DNA from: an uncultured Acholeplasmataceae bacterium
GTDB lineage: Bacteria; Bacillota_I; Bacilli_A; Acholeplasmatales; Acholeplasmataceae
Assembly: GCA_964553755.1 (NCBI GenBank)
Contig: CAZKLM010000002.1
Location: forward strand, 5,021 to 69,020
Length of the DNA stretch: 64,000 bases
Direction of reading: 5' to 3'
The translations under genes were made by a program, and so were the position numbers. Below the pieces are notes generated by a model. That model ran no database searches, was not told the DNA's origin, and saw nothing but the letters and a program-made list of their open reading frames with translations. Of the stretch, positions 1-10,265 are shown in pieces. How positions within the stretch are numbered: the stretch's first letter is position 1; each line of letters opens with the position of its first letter.

Positions 1-965
<965 letters not shown>

Positions 966-1310
966 TCAAAACGTGAGGTGATTGGTTGCAACCATGTCAA
1001 CACCTGTTTCCAAGATGTTTTCAACCACCACATCACCGATACGGGTTTCTTTATCTAAGATTATATCATTTAAAACACGGATTGCTGCGATGATTTTGTC
1101 TTTGGGTAACGGTAAATTGGATTTAACTGACAAACGGGGATGTCTCAAAGAGGTTGTTCTTACTGTCGTTGTCAATGTTCGTTTAGGGTTGGTCATCTCC
1201 AAAATGGCATACGTCTTTCCTCGTTGACAACGGTTCCCCGAAACATAATTTTCATCAACTTCCATTTGACAGCCCACAGGGCAAACGATGCATGTCATTC
1301 GTTTTTTCAT
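966..1310 (-). CDS. DUF1667-type small metal-binding protein (third subunit of three-gene G3P dehydrogenase module)
   Basis: CIVCPVGC...GNRCQRG...PKRTLTTTV motif; lies between the FAD oxidoreductase and glpK. Confidence 0.85.
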   Translation of the reverse strand: MKKRMTCIVCPVGCQMEVDENYVSGNRCQRGKTYAILEMTNPKRTLTTTVRTTSLRHPRLSVKSNLPLPKDKIIAAIRVLNDIILDKETRIGDVVVENILETGVDMVATNHLTF

Positions 1311-2569
1311 ACGATTTCCTCCAATTCTACGGTTATTGGAGCAGCATCAATAAATGCATCTGGATGAAGAGTTAGATGTTCCATTTCTGCTGGAGCGATA
1401 TAGCGGGCTACCGAGGTGTGGATGATTTGATTGTTCTGAAAAACGGTGAATCGTCCTTTTTCCATCTTAACAGTCGTCCTTAAAGAGATGTCAATCGGGC
1501 TATTCAAATGGGCAAAATCAATTTTTTGTGGAACGGTGTAACGCACATTTCGGCCACTGATGACCTCTTTTTCATTTTTCAAGGCAGGTTCTTTATCTTG
1601 AGATAAACAATACATCTTAGCGCAAAACCCTGCTTTTTCGCTTTCTTTGGTAACCCAGTCCACAAGATCATGGACATGAAGGGCGTTTCCACAGACGTAT
1701 AACCCTTCAATATTGGTTTGATAGTGCTGATTCACAACCGCACTTTTGGTTATTGTTGAGGTTTCGATGTTTAAGGAATCAAACAAAGTGATGTCAGGAA
1801 TCAATCCAACCGATAATAACAAGGTATCCACTTCAAACACTTTTTCTGTGCCTTTAATGGGTTGAAAGTGACTATCAACCTCTGAGATGGTAACAGACTC
1901 CAAAACGTCTTTTCCTTGAATGTTGGTGATGGTATGAGAAAGATAAAGCGGAATATCAAAGTCGTCTAAGCATTGAACAATGTTACGCGTCAAACCGTTT
2001 GAATAAGGCATAATTTCGGCGACACCGTGAACTTTTGCCCCTTCAAGTGTCATCCGACGGGCCATGATTAAACCGATGTCCCCACTTCCTAGAATGAACA
2101 CATTTTTACCCACTAAATACCCTTCCATATTCAAATAACGCTGGGCACTCCCGGCGGGCATAATCCCTTTAGGGCGATCGCCTGGTATGGTGATAGCGCC
2201 TCGTGTTCGCTCATAACATCCACTGGCTAGGATAACAGCACTCGCTTCGATTTCCATTAATCCTTGTTCTGTGCTACTGGCTAGAATCGAAAAGTGGTTT
2301 TCCTTTTTGATGTCGATTACCGTTGTTGATAGCATAAACTTAATGTTCTTTTGCATAAACAAATCGATAAAACGGTTCGCGTATTCAGGTCCTGTCAGTT
2401 CTTCTTTAAACACGTGCAAACCAAAGCCGTTATGGATGCATTGGTTTAAAATCCCTCCTAGGCTTGGTTCACGTTCAATGACCAACACGGTTAAGGATTC
2501 GTGGTAGGCATGAAGGGCTGCAGCCAGACCAGCTGCTCCACCTCCGATTATCGCAACATCAACTTTCAT
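1307..2569 (-). CDS. NAD(P)/FAD-dependent pyridine nucleotide-disulfide-type oxidoreductase (glycerol operon)
   Basis: Start MKVDVAIIGGGAAG at 2569 overlaps the upstream stop (ATGA); GGILNQCIHNGFG, ILGSGDIGLIMARR, GNALHVHDLVD. Confidence 0.88.
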   Translation of the reverse strand: MKVDVAIIGGGAAGLAAALHAYHESLTVLVIEREPSLGGILNQCIHNGFGLHVFKEELTGPEYANRFIDLFMQKNIKFMLSTTVIDIKKENHFSILASSTEQGLMEIEASAVILASGCYERTRGAITIPGDRPKGIMPAGSAQRYLNMEGYLVGKNVFILGSGDIGLIMARRMTLEGAKVHGVAEIMPYSNGLTRNIVQCLDDFDIPLYLSHTITNIQGKDVLESVTISEVDSHFQPIKGTEKVFEVDTLLLSVGLIPDITLFDSLNIETSTITKSAVVNQHYQTNIEGLYVCGNALHVHDLVDWVTKESEKAGFCAKMYCLSQDKEPALKNEKEVISGRNVRYTVPQKIDFAHLNSPIDISLRTTVKMEKGRFTVFQNNQIIHTSVARYIAPAEMEHLTLHPDAFIDAAPITVELEEIV

Positions 2570-4002
2570 GATTTCACCTTCGTTTCTAACACCAATATGG
2601 GTGTGTTTGGACCATCGTAATGGATTTTTGTCAGGGGCTTTCCAGTTTCCCGAGCAATGATTTTCAGTACCATGTTCTCGCAATACCCGCCCTGACACAA
2701 TCCCGCGCCTGCGCGCGCGCGTTTCTTTATTCCTTTAAGGGTATCGTTTCCTATAGGGCCATGGATGGCTGCCACAATTTCAGCTTCAGTAATTTTCTCG
2801 CATTTGCACACAATGTTGCCATAAAGTGGATTCTTCTTAATCCATTCTCGTTTTTTAGCATCTTCCAAATGGAAGAAGGCAGGTTCCTTTTTCCGTATGG
2901 GGTTATAGTCTGGTTTAGGTGGGAGTTGAATCCGAATCACCTGATCCACCAAATACTTGGCAATCGCTGGAGCTGCGGTTAAACCTGGAGAGTCAATGCC
3001 AGCAACATGATAAAAGCCAGGATGATAGCTGGATTCTTGAATGTAGAAGTCTTTATAGGTGGATGAAGCACGCGTTCCAGCAAAACTTCGAATCACAAGC
3101 TCATAGGGGACTTGAATGGAAAGTTTTTTTAGTTCACGTTTTATTGTCTCTAAGCCTTCTTTTGTTGTTGAGACAGATTCTTTGTCTTCTTGAAGCGTGG
3201 AAGTGGGACCTAATAATACATTTCCATGAACTTGTGGGACAATCAAAACCCCTTTTCCTTTATCCGTGGGAAGTGGATATAAGACATGATTGAATAACCC
3301 TTTCGCTTTTCGATCCAAAACAAAATATTCGCCTTTTCTGGGGAGTATTTTAAAGGCGGGTTCAACTTCAACCATTTTTGCGATATGATCCGCCCAGACA
3401 CCGGCAGCCGAAATTACATGCTGTGTAACAATTTTTTCTTGGTGGTTTATCGTCACTTCATAATGGGAATCGTAAACCACGATTGAGGTTACCTCAGCAT
3501 TTCTTCGAAACTGAGCCCCATTTGCAATCGCGTTTTCCATGCAGGCAAACGCTACTTCCCATGGATAGGTTACCATGGTTGTGGGAAGCGATAAAACCGA
3601 CAGAATGTTTGGATTCAATCGGGGTTCACTTATTCGAGCTTCATTCCCATCCATTAATTTGACAGAAGGCACTTGGTTTTTTAAAGCACGATGGTAAAGT
3701 TCAATAAGTCTAGTGTGTTCTTCCTGTGTAGAAGCAACAACAAAAGCCCCTGTTTTTAACAATGGGATGTTCAACTCTTTTTCTAAATCATGATAAAGTT
3801 GGTTTCCCCAAACACACAGTCTGGTTTTCAATTCAGTCTCTGGATCGTGCCCTGAATGAATGATGGCACTGTTCGCAATCGTTTGGTGACTGGCGACATC
3901 GCTTTCCTTATCCACCACTAAAATTTTCAAAGGATAGCGACTGAGTTCTCGCGCGATGTTGGTACCAATCACACCAGCACCAATAATAAGGTAATCGTAC
4001 AT
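2566..4002 (-). CDS. FAD-dependent glycerol-3-phosphate dehydrogenase/oxidase (LhgO/GlpA-like) with C-terminal BFD-like [2Fe-2S] domain
   Basis: IIGAGVIG, ANSAIIHSG, GIDSPGLTAAPAIA, and C-terminal CKCE...RAGAGLCQGGYC; context glpP/glpK. Confidence 0.85.
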   Translation of the reverse strand: MYDYLIIGAGVIGTNIARELSRYPLKILVVDKESDVASHQTIANSAIIHSGHDPETELKTRLCVWGNQLYHDLEKELNIPLLKTGAFVVASTQEEHTRLIELYHRALKNQVPSVKLMDGNEARISEPRLNPNILSVLSLPTTMVTYPWEVAFACMENAIANGAQFRRNAEVTSIVVYDSHYEVTINHQEKIVTQHVISAAGVWADHIAKMVEVEPAFKILPRKGEYFVLDRKAKGLFNHVLYPLPTDKGKGVLIVPQVHGNVLLGPTSTLQEDKESVSTTKEGLETIKRELKKLSIQVPYELVIRSFAGTRASSTYKDFYIQESSYHPGFYHVAGIDSPGLTAAPAIAKYLVDQVIRIQLPPKPDYNPIRKKEPAFFHLEDAKKREWIKKNPLYGNIVCKCEKITEAEIVAAIHGPIGNDTLKGIKKRARAGAGLCQGGYCENMVLKIIARETGKPLTKIHYDGPNTPILVLETKVKS

Positions 4003-4020
4003 AATGGCCTCCTAGTTTAC

Positions 4021-4066
4021 AAAAAAGAGAAAAAACATACTTGATGTTTTTTCTCTCTTGACTCTT
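4021..4066 (-). terminator. Leader terminator/attenuator upstream of the G3P dehydrogenase gene, with candidate GlpP site
   Basis: Minus strand AAGAGTCAAGAG overlapping a 13-bp stem AGAGAAAAAACAT-caagt-ATGTTTTTTCTCT, followed by a T run. Confidence 0.75.
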
Positions 4067-4089
4067 GAATGGATTAACTTGATGAATTA

Positions 4090-4632
4090 TTATTTCCAAA
4101 GGGTTGAATTGGATGTGGTGACAGCGGATGCTCCGGCTTGATAACAAGCCAAAACGTGTTCTTCGGATTGAATCAATCCCCCCATCCAAATAGGTTTGTC
4201 TAATTGTTTTTTAATATCAGGTAGAATTTGAGTGGATAAAGCAGGCAAAATCTCATAGTAATCCGCTTCGCAGCGACGCGCCATTTCAAGACTTTGTTCC
4301 AACGAGATACTGTCTTTAAGAAAGAAGCGAAAGATGCCAAGAACATTGCGTTTTTTACAGACCTCGATGACTTTAGATTTGCTTGAGATGATGCCGTCGA
4401 CCTTTAAGGTTTGAATTAAATAAATCGCACCAAATTCATCGCTTGCAAGCCCTTTAATCAGTTCCGAATGCACAAGCACTTTTTTATGATAACTTTTCAT
4501 GGTTTCAACCAAATCCGGCAATTGAGCAAGCTGGAAGTTCATCAAGATTCCAAAAGGCAAGGGTGACTGAAGAAAGAGTTTTAAGTCCTTGTGTGAACTA
4601 ATGGCTGGTATGACACGTTGATGAATCTGCAT
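4090..4632 (-). CDS. glpP: Glycerol-3-phosphate-responsive antiterminator
   Basis: VIPAI, KKVLVHSELIKGL, DGIISSK, RFFLKDSISL, EILPA, GGLI, GASAVTTSN; likely start MQIHQ at 4632. Confidence 0.92.
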   Translation of the reverse strand: MQIHQRVIPAISSHKDLKLFLQSPLPFGILMNFQLAQLPDLVETMKSYHKKVLVHSELIKGLASDEFGAIYLIQTLKVDGIISSKSKVIEVCKKRNVLGIFRFFLKDSISLEQSLEMARRCEADYYEILPALSTQILPDIKKQLDKPIWMGGLIQSEEHVLACYQAGASAVTTSNSTLWK

Positions 4633-4650
4633 GGAATCACGCCCCTTCAT

Positions 4651-4711
4651 AAAATAAATAGCAAAGCAAAAAGGCTTGGTGTCGCGCATTTTGTCTTTGC
4701 TCTGAACTCTT
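4651..4711 (-). terminator. Leader terminator/attenuator upstream of glpP, with candidate GlpP site
   Basis: Minus strand AAGAGTTCAGAG overlapping stem AGCAAAG(A)CAAAA...TTTTGCTTTGCT, followed by ATTTATTTT. Confidence 0.65.
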
Positions 4712-4733
4712 AGCATGCTTAAATTCTAATACC

Positions 4734-4762
4734 ATTATAATCTTAGAACCATCAAAAGTCAA
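4734..4762 (-). promoter_or_regulatory. sigmaA promoter of the glpP-glycerol operon
   Basis: Minus strand TTGACT-N17-TATAAT. Confidence 0.85.
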
Positions 4763-4783
4763 TTCGATTTTCTGTTTCACAGA

Positions 4784-6733
4784 CTACTTTCTAAAAGAAT
4801 TGGTTCTAAGAACACGTTTGGAAAAAAGATAAGCGTCAAACGCTTTTTCAAGCAAGGCATCGTCTGTCTCGTTGCGATCGGCAAGATGAATAAACTTTGA
4901 TCCGTTATAGACGACATAATCTTTAAAATACACATAGGATGGATAGAGTGAAAACGCATCAACCCCAGTGTAATGATTGGGGTTATATGACAGATTGAAC
5001 ATCTCAGCAAGCGTAGGAAGCACATCAAAAGAAGACGTCAGTTTCGTCACCGTGTGATGCGTCATATCCTCTGACCAAATGTAGAGATTCCCGTGATGCC
5101 TTTGATGGAGATTCAATGACCCATAGATGATCGCATAATCTTCATCAGGCATGGTGTAAGGATAATGATCTCCCATAAAAACGATGACAGTATCCTTCAA
5201 CTGATTAGCAGCGGTCAAGTCATCCATAAGCATACCAAGCATGCGGTCAACTTCAACTTGTGTAGCGATATAATAGATGAGCGTTTCACTTTGAAGTTCT
5301 GGATAAAAAGCGCGAACCGTATCGGCATGCAAAACAGCAGCAGGATTGTTTTGATTGTAAGGCGAATGACCAGAAAAGGTGATGTACATGTCAAAAAAGG
5401 GTTGTTGATTTGATCGAGCAATCGTTTGAGTTGAAGCATAAAACAGGGTATCAACTTTCTTATCATGCTGATTCAATTGAAGTTCATGTTGCCCATAAAA
5501 CGTGTGATAGCCATAGTTTGGGTAGACGATGTGACGGCCATAAAACTCTTTATAGTTTCCATGAAAAGCGCGGGTAATGTAACCTTTTTCAGCAAATAGA
5601 TTGGGCAAAGATGTTCGATAACTGTTGTTTTTAAATGCAATAATAGTGGGTCCTTGTTCGATGGATGGAATGAGCCCAACATTGATGATGAACTCGGTAT
5701 CGCTGGTGGTTCTTGGAAAGACAGGAGTGTAATGGTTAGTGAAATCGATTCCTTCGGTTTTCATTCGATAGATGTTTGGTGTTAATTCGCTTGATAAAGC
5801 CATTTCATCATAACTCTCAGCTAGAATAAAAACGATATTTTTTCCTTCAAAAACACCACTAAATTCATGCGTAATCCGGGTTCGATTCAAGGCTTGAATA
5901 TGATTTTCAATTTTGGCTTTATCGCGCTTAGTTCCAATCGGAGGAACCAGCGAATCAAATGCATCTCGATACAGAAGATGAAGGCTTCCATACGCTTCTA
6001 CAAAGGTCTGTTTATGAAACACGGTTTGATACAAGTAAAGTTCGCTAGACAAAGCCCGATAAGGGGCTTTAGGAATGTGCATGTTAAACAGCATGAGCGG
6101 GATAAGCACCAAAGGCATCAACCATCTAAACTGTGGTTTCGCCTCACGGGATGCCAGTTTTCGATAAATGAGCAAAAAGACAAACAGCATGAATAGCACC
6201 AAGAAATAGTACCCATTTAAACGAAAAGCGGTCTCTCCAGATTCCAAGCCCTCCCGTAAGGTTGGGGCTTCTTTGAAGCTAAAAAAATCGTTGAAAATTC
6301 GAAAATAGACATCTTGCCCCATCAAATAAATGGCTAAAAAGACCATGAAGGCCTGTTGGAAAATCCGTCTGGCCTTGGGCTTGAGCAATAAAGTTAAAAC
6401 CGCTGTACCCGAAAAAGCAAGCAATAAAGAAAAGGGGTATATGCGTGTTGGCATCATGCCAATTTTAATTAAAAAAAGCAACTCCATCAGTAAAAGATAC
6501 AAAGCGAAAAGCCATGCATCAGGGTGCGAGCGAAAAAGTTCTTTAATTGGATGTCTCAAGTTAAAGACCGTTAACAAAAGCCACCCGATCGAGAAAACCC
6601 AAATGACGAGCATAAAAAAGACATCCAAAAAACTCGTTCCACCGTCTTCAGCAATCAAGAGAAGTCGGATGGCTTGCAGCATGCCCAATACGATTAATGC
6701 AATCCATTGTTTTTGAAAAACAGCGCGGTTCAT
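4784..6733 (-). CDS. LTA synthase (LtaS)-family membrane protein, alkaline phosphatase/sulfatase superfamily
   Basis: Several N-terminal TM helices; NIVFILAES, TPNI, RTTSDTEF (catalytic Thr motif), FHGN, GHSPY, GDHYPY, DVLPTL. Confidence 0.85.
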   Translation of the reverse strand: MNRAVFQKQWIALIVLGMLQAIRLLLIAEDGGTSFLDVFFMLVIWVFSIGWLLLTVFNLRHPIKELFRSHPDAWLFALYLLLMELLFLIKIGMMPTRIYPFSLLLAFSGTAVLTLLLKPKARRIFQQAFMVFLAIYLMGQDVYFRIFNDFFSFKEAPTLREGLESGETAFRLNGYYFLVLFMLFVFLLIYRKLASREAKPQFRWLMPLVLIPLMLFNMHIPKAPYRALSSELYLYQTVFHKQTFVEAYGSLHLLYRDAFDSLVPPIGTKRDKAKIENHIQALNRTRITHEFSGVFEGKNIVFILAESYDEMALSSELTPNIYRMKTEGIDFTNHYTPVFPRTTSDTEFIINVGLIPSIEQGPTIIAFKNNSYRTSLPNLFAEKGYITRAFHGNYKEFYGRHIVYPNYGYHTFYGQHELQLNQHDKKVDTLFYASTQTIARSNQQPFFDMYITFSGHSPYNQNNPAAVLHADTVRAFYPELQSETLIYYIATQVEVDRMLGMLMDDLTAANQLKDTVIVFMGDHYPYTMPDEDYAIIYGSLNLHQRHHGNLYIWSEDMTHHTVTKLTSSFDVLPTLAEMFNLSYNPNHYTGVDAFSLYPSYVYFKDYVVYNGSKFIHLADRNETDDALLEKAFDAYLFSKRVLRTNSFRK

Positions 6734-6796
6734 GATATCACCCCAAGATGCGTTCACTAGTTTTATTATACACTAGATTGATTGAAGATAGCGAAC

Positions 6797-6820
6797 AAAA
6801 AAGCCACGTTTATGGCTTTC
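6797..6820 (-). terminator. Intrinsic terminator after yolD-like gene
   Basis: Minus strand AAAGCCA-taaacg-TGGCTTT then T run. Confidence 0.6.
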
Positions 6821-7172
6821 AGTCCAAGCTAAAAGGGTCTTGTTCCAAGGGAATCATGTCCATCAAATCTTCCGCTTTTATCTTTTCATAAGTGGATAAG
6901 ATGAGTTGGTGCTTGTGCCAATCTATTTTCCGAATAGAGCCAAACGTTCGAAGGATATAACCGTTTTGGTAGTATGTGATCGCCACTTCAAGATGCTGAT
7001 CCAAAGCCATCTTCAAAAGATGGTTTAAGCGCGCATGCTGATCATCACTCAAAACAGGGCGTACGATTTTCCCTTGCTCATGCTTCATTTGCTCGATGAT
7101 TTCGTGATAGCCCACCAAGGCATCAAAAGGAGCCCATTTAATGATGCCGCGGTCCACATAGGGGTTAGGCAT
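6819..7172 (-). CDS. YolD-like protein (partner of Y-family polymerase)
   Basis: DRGIIKWAPF...PVLSDDQ motif; overlaps end of the polymerase gene. Confidence 0.85.
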   Translation of the reverse strand: MPNPYVDRGIIKWAPFDALVGYHEIIEQMKHEQGKIVRPVLSDDQHARLNHLLKMALDQHLEVAITYYQNGYILRTFGSIRKIDWHKHQLILSTYEKIKAEDLMDMIPLEQDPFSLD

Positions 7173-8430
7173 GATGCCCACCTATGGTGCTGTTTCGTTC
7201 TTTCAAGGTTGACGATTCGAATTCAGTGGAGGCCCGATTGACCGCATTTTTCCCAAAGGTGTATTTGATTTGATCCAACGCGGTGTGTAGCACGTACTCT
7301 TTTTCCAACTGATCAACATCATCAAACAGTGCATAGTGACGGTAAGATTGATCAGACAAATTGGAAAGATGGATATGAATGCGGCGGATGGGCTCACCGT
7401 CGTAATGGGTTCTAAAAAGCATGAGGCACGCCTCATAAATCTTCGATGCATGCATGAGGGGATGCTCAAAACTGATTTGTCTAGAAAAACCACCCCCCAC
7501 GTGTTTGCTGTATCCAATGCCGAGTGTTACCGTTTTACAGGTCCTTTTGGCCATTCTAAGTCTTCGAGTAACCTCATCGACCATTTCGAGCATAATTTGG
7601 TAAATATCGGGAGGATAATAATCGTGAAACAGGGTTTGACCCGACCCATAACTTTTCCCGCCACATCTCAGTTTTCCTCGCTCTTGCAACACACTCATGT
7701 CGATTCCATGCGCATGGTAATAAAGTTCTTCACCCAGCACACCAAAATTACGCTTGAGTGTTGTGACATCGTATGAAGCGATATCGCCTATTGAAATCAA
7801 CCCCAAACGATTGAGACGCTTTTGCATCTGTTGACCGATGCCCCACATGTCGCTCAAAGGGGTCACGGGCCACAATTTATGAGGGATGTCGTCATAGGTC
7901 CAAGATGCGATAAAATCCGCTGCTTTTTTGGATTCAAGATCCAAAGCCAGTTTGGCTATCAGCATGTTGGGACCGATGCCACAGGTTGCGAAAAGTTTGG
8001 TTTCTTCTTGGATGGTTTTTAAAATGCGTTGCGCCAGTTCCCATGAGGTTAACTGATAATAACTCAAATACGCGGTCACATCCAAAAAAGCCTCATCGAT
8101 GGAATAGACGTAAAGATCCTCTTCAGCCACAAATTTCAAATAAATCGATATCACCTTAGAGGCATAGTCGAGATAGGTGGCCATGCGTGGCTTTCTAAAA
8201 ATCATGGGAATATCAGGGTTCAATTCGTGAATTCGACAACGGCTTGGCATGCCAAGTTGCTTAAGATAAGGAGAAATCGCTAAAACAATCGATCCCGTGC
8301 CACGGGAACGATCGGCAACCACCAAAGGGGTCTTAAAAGGATCTAAGCCCAAAAGAGCGCATTCAACAGATGCGTAAAAACTTTTTAAGTCGATGCATAA
8401 AAAATGTCGATGGATGCGATACTTTTCCAT
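7165..8430 (-). CDS. Y-family translesion DNA polymerase (UvrX/UmuC/ImpB-like)
   Basis: CIDLKSFYASVE, YSIDEAFLD, GIGPNMLIAKLA, WGIG, C-terminal IGGH. Confidence 0.93.
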   Translation of the reverse strand: MEKYRIHRHFLCIDLKSFYASVECALLGLDPFKTPLVVADRSRGTGSIVLAISPYLKQLGMPSRCRIHELNPDIPMIFRKPRMATYLDYASKVISIYLKFVAEEDLYVYSIDEAFLDVTAYLSYYQLTSWELAQRILKTIQEETKLFATCGIGPNMLIAKLALDLESKKAADFIASWTYDDIPHKLWPVTPLSDMWGIGQQMQKRLNRLGLISIGDIASYDVTTLKRNFGVLGEELYYHAHGIDMSVLQERGKLRCGGKSYGSGQTLFHDYYPPDIYQIMLEMVDEVTRRLRMAKRTCKTVTLGIGYSKHVGGGFSRQISFEHPLMHASKIYEACLMLFRTHYDGEPIRRIHIHLSNLSDQSYRHYALFDDVDQLEKEYVLHTALDQIKYTFGKNAVNRASTEFESSTLKERNSTIGGHHA

Positions 8431-8584
8431 AAAAGCCCTCCTTTGGTGTCATCATTATACCAACATTGAACAGAAAAAAAAGATGAGAATACATGAAAGT
8501 GTTCTCAGAAAAAACTTACATTTAGAATCATGACAGATAACCCAAAAGCCGATTATCCGATAATCGCTTCAGCAAAGAATTTCC

Positions 8585-8616
8585 AAAAAAAAAGACGACT
8601 TTCTAAAAGTCATCTT
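8585..8616 (-). terminator. Intrinsic terminator after cyclophilin gene
   Basis: Minus strand AAGATGACTTT-tag-AAAGTCGTCTT then T run. Confidence 0.7.
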
Positions 8617-8619
8617 ATA

Positions 8620-9156
8620 CTAAACTTGGCGATAGCATGTGGGGCTTGGATAGGTTTTTCCTTTTAAATCGACGGTCATGGATTCAATGACGATATCTTC
8701 ATTGGGGCGATCGTTTGCGTTTCTTGGTTTAATCGCAATAGCATCCACCACATCTATGCCATCTATTACCACACCAAATGCGGCATAGGCTCCATCCAAG
8801 TGAGGAGCGTTTTGATGCATAATAAAAAACTGGGTTGTTTGAGAGTTTGGATCCGCGGTTCGTGCCATCGAAATCACACCGCGCGTGTGTTTAAGGGGAT
8901 TATTGAATCCATTGGCACTAAACTCACCAGCAATTGGACATGAGGGGGATGTTCCCCATCCGCCTTGAATCATAAAACCGGGGATGATTCGATGAAACGT
9001 TAGGCCGTTGTAATAGCCTTGACGAACACGTTCAATAAAATTGAACGCTGTGTTTGGAGCAACCGAGACAAACACTTCAATTTGAACGGTTCCCAATCCT
9101 GCAACATGCATGCTCACCACTGGATTGGAGGGGTCATGATACGTTTGATGGTTCAT
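8620..9156 (-). CDS. ppiB: Cyclophilin-type peptidyl-prolyl cis-trans isomerase
   Basis: APNTAFNF, YYNGLTFHRIIPGFMIQGG, GVISMART, QFFIMH, HLDGAYAAFG; likely start MNHQ at 9156. Confidence 0.9.
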   Translation of the reverse strand: MNHQTYHDPSNPVVSMHVAGLGTVQIEVFVSVAPNTAFNFIERVRQGYYNGLTFHRIIPGFMIQGGWGTSPSCPIAGEFSANGFNNPLKHTRGVISMARTADPNSQTTQFFIMHQNAPHLDGAYAAFGVVIDGIDVVDAIAIKPRNANDRPNEDIVIESMTVDLKGKTYPSPTCYRQV

Positions 9157-10117
9157 AATGATCCTTCTTTCTTTGATTCGCGAAACCGCGTGATAAGGTA
9201 AAGCCTTTAAAACGGATGGTGCCATAAACACCGGAGACAATCATGAAACTGCCAATCAAGTGATAATACTCAAGGCGCTCCCTAAGGAGAACTGCACCCG
9301 CCATAACCGCGACAAGCGTTGAAAGGTTGGCGTAAATGGAAGTGATGTGGGCGGGCGCTTTGCTCAAGGCATAATTGACCAATAAGAAGCCACCAATAGA
9401 GGCGATGATTCCCAGATAAAGAATGGGGAAAACCATTTCAACATTCCCAAGCAAGGTTAGATACATTAAGAGGTTGTCTTGAAGAGCCAATTGGAAGAGG
9501 TAAATCGCATTGAAGGTGACCGCTCCAAAGGCCATCATGAAATACGTGATTTCAAAAGGTGTTAACGTTTGGGAAGCCTTTCTTGAAGCAATGTTGAATA
9601 AAGCAGCTGATAAAACAGCCATCAGCAACAAAGTAAACCCCAGCCATTCAAACGTAATTCCAGCATTGCTTTTCATGAATTGAATCCAAAGGACGCCAGA
9701 AACACTCAAGATGATGCATAAAAATTGATACAGGTTGGGGCGCTCTTTGAGAAAAACTCCACTGAGTAAGGTAACAAAAATGGGGATAAGCGCAATCATC
9801 ATGCCTGCCTCACCGCTTGTGGTGAGGGACAGTCCGAATGTCTCAAACAAAAAATAGAGAATCGGTTGAAACAAAGCCACCCAGAAAAGCGATTGGAAAT
9901 GGCGTTTTTCGAAACGGATTGTCACCCATTTTAAACGTCTAAACCCCTCAAAAACGACAAATGCGATTAAAAAACGATAAGCAATGAGTCCGATAGGGCT
10001 CACGTGCGTTAAAGCCACTTTGGAAAACATAAATGAAAAACCGAAGATGGTTGCAAACAAAATGCCTGCGATGTGTACTTTTTTAGTCATGGGTATGCGC
10101 TTGATTCGTTGAATCAA
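9134..10117 (-). CDS. DMT/EamA family transporter
   Basis: About 10 TM helices, IFGFSFMFSK, RFLIA, FLKER, LLRERL; start could instead be ATG at 10090. Confidence 0.88.
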   Translation of the reverse strand: MIQRIKRIPMTKKVHIAGILFATIFGFSFMFSKVALTHVSPIGLIAYRFLIAFVVFEGFRRLKWVTIRFEKRHFQSLFWVALFQPILYFLFETFGLSLTTSGEAGMMIALIPIFVTLLSGVFLKERPNLYQFLCIILSVSGVLWIQFMKSNAGITFEWLGFTLLLMAVLSAALFNIASRKASQTLTPFEITYFMMAFGAVTFNAIYLFQLALQDNLLMYLTLLGNVEMVFPILYLGIIASIGGFLLVNYALSKAPAHITSIYANLSTLVAVMAGAVLLRERLEYYHLIGSFMIVSGVYGTIRFKGFTLSRGFANQRKKDHYEPSNVS

Positions 10118-10204
10118 TGACTCCTTTTAGATTGTCCAAATTCATCATAACACTATTTTCATGTTTCTGAGCCTTTAAATGATTCAAACCCGATGATGAC
10201 GCAT

Positions 10205-10234
10205 TTGACAAGAGGAATGAAGATACACTATAAT
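10205..10234 (+). promoter_or_regulatory. sigmaA promoter
   Basis: TTGACA-N18-TATAAT ahead of the 10266 gene. Confidence 0.7.
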
Positions 10235-10265
10235 CAAAGAGAAGAGAATAAAAAGGAGCCAACCC

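Noticed and set aside
6819..8430. Y-family polymerase-yolD as part of a prophage or ICE
   Set aside because: No integrase, phage or conjugation genes or att-like repeats; flanks are housekeeping genes
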